Shown: positions 1 through 10,702 of the stretch, piece by piece
Numbering within the stretch: the first letter of the stretch is position 1
Layout of the letters: every line of letters begins with the position of its first letter
Virus record (IMG/VR): IMGVR_UViG_3300028840_002190
Length of the DNA stretch: 64,000 bases
Source of the DNA: a virus
Reading direction: 5' to 3' (one strand)
The notes under the pieces: generated by a model
Told to the model about the DNA's origin: nothing
Databases searched by the model: none
What the model saw: only the letters and a program-made list of their open reading frames with translations
Position numbers and translations under genes: made by a program

Positions 1-209
1 TGGTTGTAACCATCTACCACCGGAGCAGCAGGTACCCCAGTAAGATCGATGAGCGTCCCGACACGGGAGATGCTCTCGAGTTCCCCTTGGAAGCCACTGC
101 GCGCAACAATGCACACAGGGTCGACGTCCACACCACTGAGAACGTCGACACCTAAGTAGAAAGCGTCCGCAAGGGTGTCACGGGTGAACTCAATTGTTAA
201 CTGTGCCAT
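1..209 (-). CDS. Hypothetical protein, runs off the left edge (MAQLTIEFTRDTLADAFYLGVDVLSG...)
   Basis: ATG at 209 with GAGG upstream; frame open to the window edge; hand-translated, absent from the ORF track. Confidence 0.6.
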   Translation of the reverse strand, partial: MAQLTIEFTRDTLADAFYLGVDVLSGVDVDPVCIVARSGFQGELESISRVGTLIDLTGVPAAPVVDGYN

Positions 210-253
210 AACGCGTTGACCTCACTGAGATTTTCTGTAAAAAATAGTAGGAC

Positions 254-838
254 ATGGGGTGTATCCAGTCAAGCTACGTCGGTATCGATCCTTCTTTCAC
301 GTGCACAGGTGTAGGCGCTGTAAGCCCCACCAAAGTATCACACTTCCACTTCCGAGGACCTACATTAAAAGGTAAACGAGCAGGGGGAGTAGCCCGTCTT
401 ACCGCCCTGCAGCACGAGCTGCAGCAACATCTCGAGTACCTAGTCCGAAACCTGGGACCCATCAAACACGTCTGTATTGAAGGACCCGCGTATGCTGCAA
501 CCAACCGCGCAGACGACTTGGGACAGCTCCGGGGAGTATACTCGGTGTGCGCAGCGGGATTTTGTGACACCGTCACCGTCGTCCCCCCTACCTCTCTAAA
601 GAAATTCGCCACAGGTAGTGGAGCGGCTACCAAAGAGAAAATGGTCAAAACCGCAACAGAGATCTGTGATGAGCGCCTCCTGCACGATGAAGCTGACGCC
701 TTATGGTTAGCGGTACTCGCCCGGGGGTTAGAAGACGCCACCCTGGAGCTCAAGCGGTATCAGATCGAAGTAATCGATGGTATAAGGAACCCGAAGGTCA
801 AGCGTAGGGTTTCCACGCGACAAGCCGACAACATCTAA
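254..838 (+). CDS. ruvC: RuvC-like Holliday junction resolvase
   Basis: RuvC catalytic motifs YVGIDPS, CIEG, DEADA; also PTSLKKFATGSGAATKEKM. Confidence 0.85.
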   Translation: MGCIQSSYVGIDPSFTCTGVGAVSPTKVSHFHFRGPTLKGKRAGGVARLTALQHELQQHLEYLVRNLGPIKHVCIEGPAYAATNRADDLGQLRGVYSVCAAGFCDTVTVVPPTSLKKFATGSGAATKEKMVKTATEICDERLLHDEADALWLAVLARGLEDATLELKRYQIEVIDGIRNPKVKRRVSTRQADNI

Positions 839-854
839 AAGGGAGCAACGCAGA

Positions 855-3494
855 ATGCTGAAGTTCACGAGACAGCTGTCTGCTGAGGGGAAGAGCGCCG
901 CTCAGCAAGTCGATTGGACCCGGACAGATATCATCGTCAAAAACAACAAAACCGGTGAGATTCTCTATGAATGCCTGGACGCTGAATTCCCCTCCAGCTG
1001 GTCCTACGACGCATGCAAAATCGTAGCGAGCAAATACTTCCGGCAGTCCAGGACATCAGAGCACACCGAAACCAGCGTCCGACAAATGGTCGAACGGGTC
1101 GTCAGTGCACTGGTCGATAGCGGCATCGAACAAGGATATTTCGATGAAGAAAACGGCCAAATTTTTGGAGATGAACTGGCCCTCCTTCTTTACGGACAGT
1201 ACGGTTCTTTCAACAGCCCCGTCTGGTTCAACTTGGGAGTGCCAGGCGTCGATAAGCCCCAGTGTTCGGCATGCTTCATCAACTCGGTGGATGACAGCAT
1301 GGAGTCGATCCTCGAACTGGCCAAGACTGAAGGGCTTATCTTCAAAGACGGTTCTGGCTCCGGCGTAAACCTTTCCCCTCTGCGAGGGTCGCAAGAACGC
1401 ATCCACGGCGGTGGTCACGCTTCCGGTCCTGTATCCTTTATGGCAGGCTACGACGCCTTCGCCAACGTGATCTTAAGCGGGGGGCGCACACGTCGAGCTG
1501 CGCGCATGGTCATCCTGGATGTTGACCACCCTGACGTCTGGAAGTTCATCAACACCAAAGCAGACCAGGAAGACATCGTGCAAGTTCTCGCACTGGCAGG
1601 GATGAGCACGGATTTCACCGATCCCGAAAGTGCTTACGGAGTAGTCAAGCACCAGACAGGGAACAACTCGGTTCGCGTCTCCGACACGTTCATGGAGAAG
1701 GTGCGCAACATTCTTCACGGATACCAGAACGACGTTCCGTGGGAGACTACCAACAGAGTAGACGGCACGACAGCAGAGACGATCTCCGTACGTAGCCTAT
1801 TCCGCGCCATCGCTGAAGCAGCGCACAAGTGTGGGGACCCCGGGATCCAATTCGGAGACACTATCAACGCCTATAACACCTGTGCTGGAGACGGAGAAAT
1901 CGTCGCTAGTAACCCGTGCAGCGAATTTGTCTGGCTCAACAACTCTGCCTGCAACCTCGCGAGTCTCAATCTCTGTCAGTTCTCCAAGTCAAAAAACACC
2001 TTCGACACTAAACTCTTCAAGCACGCCATCCGGACGTTCATCACAGCGCAAGACATCATCGTCAGTCTCGCCAGCTACCCTACCAAAGAGATCACCAAGA
2101 ACAGCCTGGCTTACCGAACACTCGGTCTAGGGTACGCTAACCTCGGGGGCTTGTTGATGTCGTGGGGATTGGGCTACGACAGTGAGGACGGAAGGGATGT
2201 CGCAGCATCGCTGACAAGCTGTCTAACGGCCTACGCCTATCAGACCAGCGCTGAGATCGCAGGTAAGCTAGGCCCCTTCCCGCGTTACGAAGAAAACGCC
2301 AGCCACGTAGAGGACGTTCTTGTTAAGCACCAAGCAGTCACTAAGAAGCTGAAGAGGGACCTTGCTGGTTTACAGGGTAAAGCTGTGACCGCCTGGAGAG
2401 ACACAATCAACACTGCTTTCAAGAAGTCCGGGAAAGGGGTCCGTAACGCGCAGGTAACTCTTCTGGCCCCGACGGGGACGATTGCTTTCATGATGGACTG
2501 CGCCACCACAGGTGTCGAACCTGACATCGGACTCAAAAAGACCAAGACATTAGTAGGCGGGGACGTCATGGAGTACGTAAACCCCAATGTCGAAGCAGCG
2601 CTGCAATCCTTAGAGTACGACCCCGAAGACCAAGATGATCTCCTCGAGTACATGAGGGAACACGGACACTTCGAAGGTTCCGCTCTACGAGAAGAACACC
2701 TCGAAGTTTTCGACTGTTCCATCCCCGTAGGTACCCGGCGTCTCTCAGTAGACGCACACATCGAAATGTGCGCGGCGATTCAGCCTTTCCTCTCGGGGGC
2801 AATCTCCAAGACGTTCAACATGCCTCGGGAAGCCACAGTAGATGAAGTCGAGAGGACATTCCTCAAAGCATGGGAGAAGGGGGTCAAGTGCATTACGATC
2901 TACCGGGAAGGAAGCAAGCTCAGTGAGCCTCTTCGAGTGCGAGAACTCCGTAAGGAAACATCAGATGACCTCGCCGTACCTGAACGTAAGTGTCTACCTG
3001 ACGAGCGTGACCAGAAGGGGCACAAGTTCCACATTGGCCCGCACAAAGGCTACATCACAGTAGGGTTTTATCCCAACGGGCGCATGGGGGAGATCTTCCT
3101 CCGCATGGCGGGGCACGGATCCACTGTCAATGGGCTCCTCGACAGCTTCGGTACCCTAGCGTCCTTAGCTCTCCAATACGGTATTCCCCTCGAGGAGCTC
3201 GTCTCACGGTTCGAGGGGTCACGGTTCGCTCCTTCCGGATGGACCAAGAATCCTAACATTCCATCCGCCAACTCCATCATCGGTTACGTCTTCAAGTGGA
3301 TTCGCTGGCGCTTCCTGGAAGAGGGGAATCAAGCTTTCCCTGAAGAGCGGCCTTCCATGCTGCCCCCTCCCATGGACGAGGACTTCGATCTCGCATCGGA
3401 ACCGTGCCCCCATTGTGGGTCACAGTTGCGTAAGGTGGGTGCGACCTGTTACGATTGCCCCAATTGCTCATACAACACAGGAGCTTGCTCATGA
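855..3494 (+). CDS. nrdJ: Class II adenosylcobalamin-dependent ribonucleotide reductase with C-terminal TSCPD-like domain and Zn ribbon
   Basis: FNSPVWFN, QCSACFI, SNPCSEF (thiyl-radical Cys), APTGTIAFMMDCATTGVEP, SGAISKTFN; C-terminal CPHC...CPNC. Confidence 0.95.
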   Translation: MLKFTRQLSAEGKSAAQQVDWTRTDIIVKNNKTGEILYECLDAEFPSSWSYDACKIVASKYFRQSRTSEHTETSVRQMVERVVSALVDSGIEQGYFDEENGQIFGDELALLLYGQYGSFNSPVWFNLGVPGVDKPQCSACFINSVDDSMESILELAKTEGLIFKDGSGSGVNLSPLRGSQERIHGGGHASGPVSFMAGYDAFANVILSGGRTRRAARMVILDVDHPDVWKFINTKADQEDIVQVLALAGMSTDFTDPESAYGVVKHQTGNNSVRVSDTFMEKVRNILHGYQNDVPWETTNRVDGTTAETISVRSLFRAIAEAAHKCGDPGIQFGDTINAYNTCAGDGEIVASNPCSEFVWLNNSACNLASLNLCQFSKSKNTFDTKLFKHAIRTFITAQDIIVSLASYPTKEITKNSLAYRTLGLGYANLGGLLMSWGLGYDSEDGRDVAASLTSCLTAYAYQTSAEIAGKLGPFPRYEENASHVEDVLVKHQAVTKKLKRDLAGLQGKAVTAWRDTINTAFKKSGKGVRNAQVTLLAPTGTIAFMMDCATTGVEPDIGLKKTKTLVGGDVMEYVNPNVEAALQSLEYDPEDQDDLLEYMREHGHFEGSALREEHLEVFDCSIPVGTRRLSVDAHIEMCAAIQPFLSGAISKTFNMPREATVDEVERTFLKAWEKGVKCITIYREGSKLSEPLRVRELRKETSDDLAVPERKCLPDERDQKGHKFHIGPHKGYITVGFYPNGRMGEIFLRMAGHGSTVNGLLDSFGTLASLALQYGIPLEELVSRFEGSRFAPSGWTKNPNIPSANSIIGYVFKWIRWRFLEEGNQAFPEERPSMLPPPMDEDFDLASEPCPHCGSQLRKVGATCYDCPNCSYNTGACS

Positions 3495-3700
3495 CAGACA
3501 TCAAACAACTGAAGTGCATGTTCGAAGAGTGTTCCGGCACTCTCGGACCGGAATCCGTGGAGATCCGTCACCAGGGCGAGCTTGTCGGTTTCATCTGCGA
3601 CAACTGTCAGCGTGGACCCAAAGGATTCAAGTTGACCCTCAAGAAGGAAGACGGGAAATTCACCCCGATCCAAGCTGTCCCCCTCTCCAACGTTCGTTGA
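3491..3700 (+). CDS. Small hypothetical protein with Cys pairs
   Basis: ATGA overlap with the nrdJ stop; CxxxxC and CxxC. Confidence 0.65.
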   Translation: MTDIKQLKCMFEECSGTLGPESVEIRHQGELVGFICDNCQRGPKGFKLTLKKEDGKFTPIQAVPLSNVR

Positions 3701-3701
3701 C

Positions 3702-4205
3702 ATGCCTGTTATCGTCCCTGCCTTTGTGAACGGTCTCATCGCGGCGGAAACTCCGCCTAAAGAGAGCATAGCGCAACAGGCCAAGGGATTTGTCGACGCC
3801 TTCATTCCTTACATCAAGGGAGCGGTGTCTAACGGCATCCCCATCACTCAACCAACCTGCGACCTCCCTGTGACGCAAAGCGCGTTGCAGGGAGGTGTCG
3901 CATACGCCTTTTCTTTGGGTTCGGGACCTGCCGTGGCGAACGCCTTGGGCCAAGCTATCCTGGCGTTCTTCAATTCCGCACCTGTAGTGCCTCCCGCCAG
4001 TGGGTTCTTCTCCAGTGCTCTGGGAGCCGCAATCTCCGGACCCCTCTGGACCTACATGTCAGGAATCAGCGCTCCCGTGGATCTTCAGAAGCCTGCCAAA
4101 ACAGCTGTTGTAAGCGCGATTACTTCGTGGATGGCTGCAGGGCCCGGAGGGGGTCTGTTTGTTACATTTCCAGGGTCGCCGAATATCCAGGCACCGATCA
4201 CCTAG
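3702..4205 (+). CDS. Hypothetical Ala/Pro/Gly-rich protein, possibly virion structural
   Basis: 167-aa ORF starting 2 nt after the previous stop; converges on the tail operon. Confidence 0.6.
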   Translation: MPVIVPAFVNGLIAAETPPKESIAQQAKGFVDAFIPYIKGAVSNGIPITQPTCDLPVTQSALQGGVAYAFSLGSGPAVANALGQAILAFFNSAPVVPPASGFFSSALGAAISGPLWTYMSGISAPVDLQKPAKTAVVSAITSWMAAGPGGGLFVTFPGSPNIQAPIT

Positions 4206-6928
4206 GACTGGAACGTAGGCATAATCGTGCCCATAACGTAAACCGTAGAGACACTTCCGGTAGACAGCTGAAGGTCTCCGGTAGAGGTGTTCACCTTGAG
4301 TGTCACACGGTCCGAAGCTCCACTAGCTACCTGGAGCGGGAACGGACTCGCTCCCTCATAGATTCTGGCAAATTCGTACTGTGACGCTTCTCCGCTATTC
4401 CCAAAGTAGACGTGACGTGTACAAGCGTAAACTGCCTCAATCGCATCCTGTACGTCTCCAGCAGGGGAAACATTCAAGAAGTCAGAATCTGTACTAACCG
4501 TCAATGATGCGAACGCCCGTCGACCGCGCCAATCAAAACCGGACTGTAAGGTAATATCCCCAGAGCTAGCCGAAATAGACTGGGTGAAGAAGTACGGAGT
4601 AGGCTGCATCTCGAACTGGGAACGAGTCCCAGAATAATTGGGGGATCCAAAGGGCGAGACGTGTACGTAGTCATCCCAACCATTGAACGGGTTAGGCGTC
4701 CCCCAAGAATCAGGAGATCCGAAACCTTGAAGGTACTGTCTTATCCCGTAGTCGGTAAACGCGTACATCGAAGCGGGGATACCGGAGATGTTCCGGACCC
4801 ACCCGCTGACGCCTCCCACATGATGACAGTTGAACGCAATGAGGAGGCACGAACCGAGTCCGTCAAATCCTGCATCAGGAAGAGCCCTGTCCGCGTAGTA
4901 CGCATAGACCCCCGACTGTCCAGACGTAGACGTAGTCTCAAACAGCCGCTTGAGGATTCCGGACTTGTCCTCCGAAGAGGCCCCCAACACATGTCCCCCC
5001 GTCGTACCGCTGACACCATCGTCATAAAGGACAAACGCGCCACCTAGGCCCATCCCCCACCTAGACGTCCCTGCGTGTTCGTGGAGCGTATACGTGGTAC
5101 TCGTCTCTGAGTTAAACTGGAACGTTGCACCCGCAGCTAACCCGGTTCGGACAGAACTAAAGATCATATTCTGGCTCATGAACCACATGAGCGCATTTCC
5201 TGTCCCTGAGTCATCCGCAGCTGCGATGAAGTCTCCTGTTGCGCCTGAAGGTGCCGCCCCCTGCACCATCAAGATGTCTCCACCCCGAACATACCAACTC
5301 GTGGTATTCCACATGATGTCGTTAAGAGGCGTGGAGGTAAAGTTGTAACGGTAGAAGAGCTTCCACGTAGTCAATGCAGGGTAGCGCTCATGCCAAGATC
5401 CAAGATTGACATGGCCGTAATCGTTCAGCGTGACGAAGTCATCAAATTCCCACGCCCCTGTTACGATCTCATCCGATCCGAGAGCTGCTCGGGCGTTAGT
5501 CCCAGCCTGTAACTGGATGAGCTGATCGAATACGCTACCAGGGGAAAGCGGTGTAAGCAATTGGCTAGCACCACTAACAGGTATGTTGGTCTTACTCCCT
5601 ACAAGCTCAGATCCTCCAGTACCTGTGGACTGCGCCAGGTCGTGGACGACGGCATTGATAACATTTTGGATTGTAGCAGGAGAGCCGGAGCTTACAGGAA
5701 CAGCTCCAAACCAGTCCTCGGTAAGGGTTACCAGAATGCTAGTGGACCCTGAGATGATACGGTCGACCGTGTACTGGTGCTCTCCGCCATAAATCCCACC
5801 AGGAATCGAACCTAGCCCTGTAGAAAGAACAGTGCCATCAATGAACACAAGGTCGTCCCCGATACGTTTACAGATCGGGATACTCTGAGGAATCTTGGCA
5901 GGCTCCACAGAACTGTTGAAGAGCTGCTCAGGACGCGTCACTACTACGGGAGTGAGAGGCTCGTTAGTCAGCGTCGCCTGCCTGCGTCCTCCCACCTCCG
6001 TAGGGTCTCCGTGGTTGCCGAAAAACCCTGCTTCGTCTTTGATGTAGGGGTAGTAAATCCCCAAGGTGTCGCCGTCTTTTAGGTAGTTGATATTAGGATA
6101 CGGCCCTACCGGAGCACCAGGATAAGTGCCTGCAAAAAACGACTGGAGAACGCTGTTGGGGATCTGGTGAATTTCACGCTGCTGTTCCCGCGTGAACAGA
6201 TACTCACCCGCACTAGGAGCTACATCTGCGATGTCAATGACGGTTCCAGTATCACCACCGTCATTCGTGACGTTAACCAAATTCACAACATCAGGGTCTG
6301 CCAGTAGAGCGAGTTCCAACTGATTTAACGTAATCGAACCGTCATTCGAAACTTCAATGTTGATGACGTGTTTAGGGTCCCCTGTGACGCTGATATTCAA
6401 TACGCCTGTAGACGAGGTATATGCCCAATTCACGCGGATGGTATCCCCACCCTCTGCGGCCTGATAACGCGAAGTAAGATGTACCGTGTAGCTCCTAGGA
6501 GGAACAGTGTTCTCCGCATAGAAGGACTCTACGTGGTGTGCATCCTGCGCGACTGAGAGGATCGACTCCAGCGCAATGTGACTCGAAACTACGAAATACC
6601 CCCGGTAAGGGTCGAGGGGATCGATCCACGGATCAGCCGAACCTAGAGCCTGTGGAAGCCAATCCGTAAATGTACTCCAACCGCCCCCGTAATAATCACT
6701 GACAATTCCGCCTCCCTGAATGATCCAGCGCATGTCCGTATCGGAACGGTACATCTGGTCTTCCAAGTCAGAGCGTACGAACTCCGTCCGATTCCGAATA
6801 TTCTCACCAGGACGGTTCAGAACCGTATCGATAACGCGCTCGCCGTTGTCAATCGGGCTGATAGCATCCGGATCATTACGCTCGCCAGTATCCGAAGCGT
6901 TACGGTAATTGAGTCTCTGCGTTCCCAT
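4202..6928 (-). CDS. Large virion structural/tail-fibre-associated protein
   Basis: 908 aa, beta-rich G/S/T/Y composition, last gene of the baseplate operon; no diagnostic motif. Confidence 0.55.
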   Translation of the reverse strand: MGTQRLNYRNASDTGERNDPDAISPIDNGERVIDTVLNRPGENIRNRTEFVRSDLEDQMYRSDTDMRWIIQGGGIVSDYYGGGWSTFTDWLPQALGSADPWIDPLDPYRGYFVVSSHIALESILSVAQDAHHVESFYAENTVPPRSYTVHLTSRYQAAEGGDTIRVNWAYTSSTGVLNISVTGDPKHVINIEVSNDGSITLNQLELALLADPDVVNLVNVTNDGGDTGTVIDIADVAPSAGEYLFTREQQREIHQIPNSVLQSFFAGTYPGAPVGPYPNINYLKDGDTLGIYYPYIKDEAGFFGNHGDPTEVGGRRQATLTNEPLTPVVVTRPEQLFNSSVEPAKIPQSIPICKRIGDDLVFIDGTVLSTGLGSIPGGIYGGEHQYTVDRIISGSTSILVTLTEDWFGAVPVSSGSPATIQNVINAVVHDLAQSTGTGGSELVGSKTNIPVSGASQLLTPLSPGSVFDQLIQLQAGTNARAALGSDEIVTGAWEFDDFVTLNDYGHVNLGSWHERYPALTTWKLFYRYNFTSTPLNDIMWNTTSWYVRGGDILMVQGAAPSGATGDFIAAADDSGTGNALMWFMSQNMIFSSVRTGLAAGATFQFNSETSTTYTLHEHAGTSRWGMGLGGAFVLYDDGVSGTTGGHVLGASSEDKSGILKRLFETTSTSGQSGVYAYYADRALPDAGFDGLGSCLLIAFNCHHVGGVSGWVRNISGIPASMYAFTDYGIRQYLQGFGSPDSWGTPNPFNGWDDYVHVSPFGSPNYSGTRSQFEMQPTPYFFTQSISASSGDITLQSGFDWRGRRAFASLTVSTDSDFLNVSPAGDVQDAIEAVYACTRHVYFGNSGEASQYEFARIYEGASPFPLQVASGASDRVTLKVNTSTGDLQLSTGSVSTVYVMGTIMPTFQS

Positions 6929-6940
6929 GCGAAGCTCCTC

Positions 6941-7525
6941 CTAGGCCACCGTCATGCCAAGATACCAGTTGAACACCACGGTCATGGTGCTGGTTTTGAC
7001 GAACGGAGAGAACGTTTGGCGGGCGTACATCAATGTATTCGCCGACGTATAGAAATCTGACGCATTATCCCCACGAGTAAACAGCCCAACTTCCTGTAAC
7101 GGAGACGGGTCATTCGCCTCTGCAGTAGAGAAAGTCATCGTGCAATGAATTTCAAACGTGGGGGCTGGGACGTACAAAACCTGACCAGGAGGTACGAGCT
7201 GCTTTGTGAGGACATCAGCGCCGAGGGCAGTCTGGTTCACCGTAGGGGGTGTACCGTCAGTGCCCACCCCAAGGAACCCAATAGCGTTGTACTCTGGGTT
7301 CTGCTGTCCAGGACTGCCTGTCGGGTACTGTGTCAGCATCTCAAGCACAGCTTGCCGACCGGTGTTGACGATCTGATTCTGCTTCTTTACGTGGTAAACC
7401 CGCTTGCCACCCTTAGCCTCATCGAAAACGCTGACTTCGATCCGACCGTAGAGCTGCGCGCTGTCCTTGTAAACCGTCAAGGGCTTTAACAGCCTGTCGG
7501 CGAAATTCCTGAAAATATCACTCAT
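6941..7525 (-). CDS. Tail-collar/fibre-attachment-like baseplate protein
   Basis: NQIVNTG...GVGTDGTPP...EVGLF...MYARQTFSPFVKT pattern typical of tail-collar fibre N-terminal domains. Confidence 0.7.
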   Translation of the reverse strand: MSDIFRNFADRLLKPLTVYKDSAQLYGRIEVSVFDEAKGGKRVYHVKKQNQIVNTGRQAVLEMLTQYPTGSPGQQNPEYNAIGFLGVGTDGTPPTVNQTALGADVLTKQLVPPGQVLYVPAPTFEIHCTMTFSTAEANDPSPLQEVGLFTRGDNASDFYTSANTLMYARQTFSPFVKTSTMTVVFNWYLGMTVA

Positions 7526-7567
7526 TAGAGCCCTCGCTGGTAGAGACTCGAGTACTTTACCACGGCA

Positions 7568-10500
7568 CTACGGATAAATATAGGACAAACCACCGTCATC
7601 AATTCCAACTTCGATAGCGCGATCAATTTCTTCAGAACCAACGGGGGGTCCAGGCAGTCCCTTACGGACATAGAGCGGCTCTAAACCCCCAACGAAAATA
7701 GGAGTGTACCCTACGCGCGTATCAGGGTCCGGAGGGGGAGACACATTGTCAATCGCCACCACCAGAGAAGAGAAATTGATGGGTGGGCCAGGGTCCCACG
7801 CATACGTCACAACATCCGGAGTGAACGTCCAAGCTGTAGGTGACGTAGGGTCGTAGTCAAAAGTGTAGTGGGTTCCCTCTACAACCTTGGTACCCCCATC
7901 CACAGTTGCGTCTAAGCTCACACGGACGACGTACTCGTTAGGCGCAATTGGAAGGGGAGGAGAAGGCCCAGGGGGAGGTGGGGATACCACGCCGCTAGGC
8001 ACGGAAACGTACTCGTTGTAAGCGTAGTAATCCCCGACACTCAAAGGACTACCGACTAACAAGGAATTGTCCGCAATCTCAACGTCATCGGATAACTCCT
8101 GAGTGAGAAACCACTCCAGGAGGTCCCATAACTCAGCGGAATCCGTAAAAAACTCTCCGGGTTGCACGTAAGGGTACGTATATGAAGGCTTCGCCACCAA
8201 CACTAGCTCATCGAGGTCTTGACGAAATTCTGCGTCCATCTCGAGATTTGAATCAATCTCGATGTTGAACATGTGCATCTTAAGGTAACGGTCAAAAAGG
8301 CAGAACGCAACATTGTGACGATAGTCCGATGTTGCCAGATTGACGTTGCCCTCATCGTCAGCACCGACATAGAGACCGGGGTCACCCACACAAGCATCGT
8401 CTCCGGGAAGCACGATGTTCTCGAAGAGGTTTGTTGACGCGAAACGTCGAATGGCGGGCTCGTCCTTCCAGAGGATCTCGGGGATGTACTTGTTGTGCCA
8501 CCACGTAGGATCCTCAAGGTAATCAACAACCGTGAAGGCTAACGTGAGAGGTTCGAACGACTCAAACGTCAAAACTCCGTAGTTGTTCGGGTCCATGACG
8601 TCTTCACGGAGAGGGAGCAAGAAGGGGTAGTAGTACTCGCGCTTATCGGTGGTAACCGTCTGTCGGAACGACCGAGTGACCCTCCAATTCAGAGGGGTCT
8701 CGTCCACAAAGCCGTAGACAGTTTCGAGCTCCACCGTGTTGGGGCCTACCACCTCGAGAATCTTGAAGGGGCCGTCATTGGCCTCGTTAACCGCATCTGA
8801 GATAACAACGTATCCTCCGACATCCAATTCGGAGAACGTGTAGGAAGGCGTATTAAAAGTCACCGACGCCGCAACTATCGTCCCGTCTATACCCTCACCG
8901 TCCACGCCATTGTCGTACGCCTGAAGGATCTCCCCATCCGTGCGTACTAGAGGGAGATCGGCGATAACATTGAGCGCGGCTTCTGTACGTTTGAAAATGG
9001 GACCGTAAACGTAAAAGTGGATGATGCCCCGCAAGAAAGCTTTGTACGCGTCCGATGATGCCTCAAACCGATTGAGGAGAGTCCCGTAGTTGTAGTACAG
9101 CGAAAAGTTGTCGACATCCACTTGTGGAACCCAGTAAGAGATCTCCTTCACACGCCCCTCTGCGTATTCAAAAGTCTCGCCGCTCGCCGAAAACAACACT
9201 TCCCGCAGATACTGGAAACTCGCGTGGTTGCTCGACCCATCATCCCACGGTTTAGTAGGGATGATAGCTCCTCGGTAGTAGTCGACGGTGAAATCCTCAC
9301 CCTCAACAACAGTACCTCCGAAAGGTCGAGTAGCGTACACGGTGACACTGCCGGGAACGACATGCCGGATACCCAAGGGAGTGGAGGGGGGAGCCTGAGC
9401 TACCGCCCACCCACTATCGAAGTATGTCCACTCCCCGTCTGCCAGGCCGACAGATTGTGGATCCTCCGCCAACTTAGCCTCATTGTCCGGGGACCCTACC
9501 ACTTCAGCTAGCGCGAACGAACGGTTATACGGAGCTCCCAGCGTTATACCCCACGGAGGAGTCGCCCCCACCATAGCCGGAACGAAGGGCGTGAAAGCGT
9601 TCAGTTCTACGTAAAGATCGCCGCCCACATTCTTCAAAATGTTCAACGGGTCTCCAGAAGCGTCCATCACAGCGGGTCCTGGGATTGGTCCAGACAACGG
9701 GAAACCTTGTACAGGATCGTCTGCACGTTCGCGTACTACGGAGTAGACCAGAGGAGGGTTCACTTCCAAGGGGTACGGGGTTTCCGCAGGACCTACGAAG
9801 AAAGCATTATCAATGTAGTCAATCTCGTAGTCCTGGAAACTGCCGTAGTACACTCCTTTGTGAAGCTCCCAATCCACAGGCCCGGAGGCCGAAGTCACCC
9901 CATAGAACATGGGCTCAAGGATAACCTGGAACGCTGAATTAACCGTCTTTACCACGTAAAACCCGTCATAGACGGGGGTAGATCCTTTGATCTTGATGAT
10001 GTCTCCGACATTGGTATCCGAGAAAGTAGAGACCGTGGTGAAGAAAATCATGTCCGGAGCGACATACCCCAACTGCCCGTTAGCCGCACCCGAAGAATCG
10101 TAAAGCTGCGTACCCGTGTATGCCAAGAGACGCAGCGTATCCCCACGTTTTACTTCCGAATCAGAGTACCAAGGCAGTTCCCCGCGCTTTCGGTCTGTGA
10201 AGCGATTACCTACTTCGATAGTCGCGTACCGCCATGCAAGACCCTTCGAGGGAAACCAGTCCCCACTAGGTTCCTGATAAGCCCGAAAAGGGTCCTCAAA
10301 GAACCGAAGATAGCCGTCGTTATCTAAAACCTCAAAGTCGACATCCCGCTCGAGCTCGATAGTAGGGTCGAAAATGGTGTTCTGCAAAAACTCCGTGTTT
10401 ACGGACGAGCCCGGCATGTCATAAACGAACCGGTCTTCTGAAACGGCAAGACCCTGTTGGAACTGGAGCTCATTCTCCTTTATAGCGAAAAGACGCCAGA

Positions 10501-10699
10501 ACTCCTTGTCGAATAGGGGAGTATCTACAACGCCCGTATTGAGCACTGTCGCCATCAGATCGAGGTACGCCTCACCTAGCGCCATCTCTGACGCCTGGTA
10601 ATATGCCTGCAGGTCCTCGATGTCTCGGAAAAAGCGCTGCCAGAAATCCGAAAGACCGTAGAGAAGAGTAGACGGGAAGTCCCCAATTGTGAGTGCCAT
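7568..10699 (-). CDS. Putative baseplate wedge protein
   Basis: 1043 aa directly downstream of the J-like gene; SDFWQRFF N-terminus and LVLVAKPSYT near the wedge-like C-terminal region. Confidence 0.55.
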   Translation of the reverse strand: MALTIGDFPSTLLYGLSDFWQRFFRDIEDLQAYYQASEMALGEAYLDLMATVLNTGVVDTPLFDKEFWRLFAIKENELQFQQGLAVSEDRFVYDMPGSSVNTEFLQNTIFDPTIELERDVDFEVLDNDGYLRFFEDPFRAYQEPSGDWFPSKGLAWRYATIEVGNRFTDRKRGELPWYSDSEVKRGDTLRLLAYTGTQLYDSSGAANGQLGYVAPDMIFFTTVSTFSDTNVGDIIKIKGSTPVYDGFYVVKTVNSAFQVILEPMFYGVTSASGPVDWELHKGVYYGSFQDYEIDYIDNAFFVGPAETPYPLEVNPPLVYSVVRERADDPVQGFPLSGPIPGPAVMDASGDPLNILKNVGGDLYVELNAFTPFVPAMVGATPPWGITLGAPYNRSFALAEVVGSPDNEAKLAEDPQSVGLADGEWTYFDSGWAVAQAPPSTPLGIRHVVPGSVTVYATRPFGGTVVEGEDFTVDYYRGAIIPTKPWDDGSSNHASFQYLREVLFSASGETFEYAEGRVKEISYWVPQVDVDNFSLYYNYGTLLNRFEASSDAYKAFLRGIIHFYVYGPIFKRTEAALNVIADLPLVRTDGEILQAYDNGVDGEGIDGTIVAASVTFNTPSYTFSELDVGGYVVISDAVNEANDGPFKILEVVGPNTVELETVYGFVDETPLNWRVTRSFRQTVTTDKREYYYPFLLPLREDVMDPNNYGVLTFESFEPLTLAFTVVDYLEDPTWWHNKYIPEILWKDEPAIRRFASTNLFENIVLPGDDACVGDPGLYVGADDEGNVNLATSDYRHNVAFCLFDRYLKMHMFNIEIDSNLEMDAEFRQDLDELVLVAKPSYTYPYVQPGEFFTDSAELWDLLEWFLTQELSDDVEIADNSLLVGSPLSVGDYYAYNEYVSVPSGVVSPPPPGPSPPLPIAPNEYVVRVSLDATVDGGTKVVEGTHYTFDYDPTSPTAWTFTPDVVTYAWDPGPPINFSSLVVAIDNVSPPPDPDTRVGYTPIFVGGLEPLYVRKGLPGPPVGSEEIDRAIEVGIDDGGLSYIYP

Positions 10700-10702
10700 G
10701 GC

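Noticed and set aside
855-3494. Intein or homing-endonuclease insertion in nrdJ
   Set aside because: Length and motif spacing are normal; no intein splice motifs or LAGLIDADG/HNH segment seen
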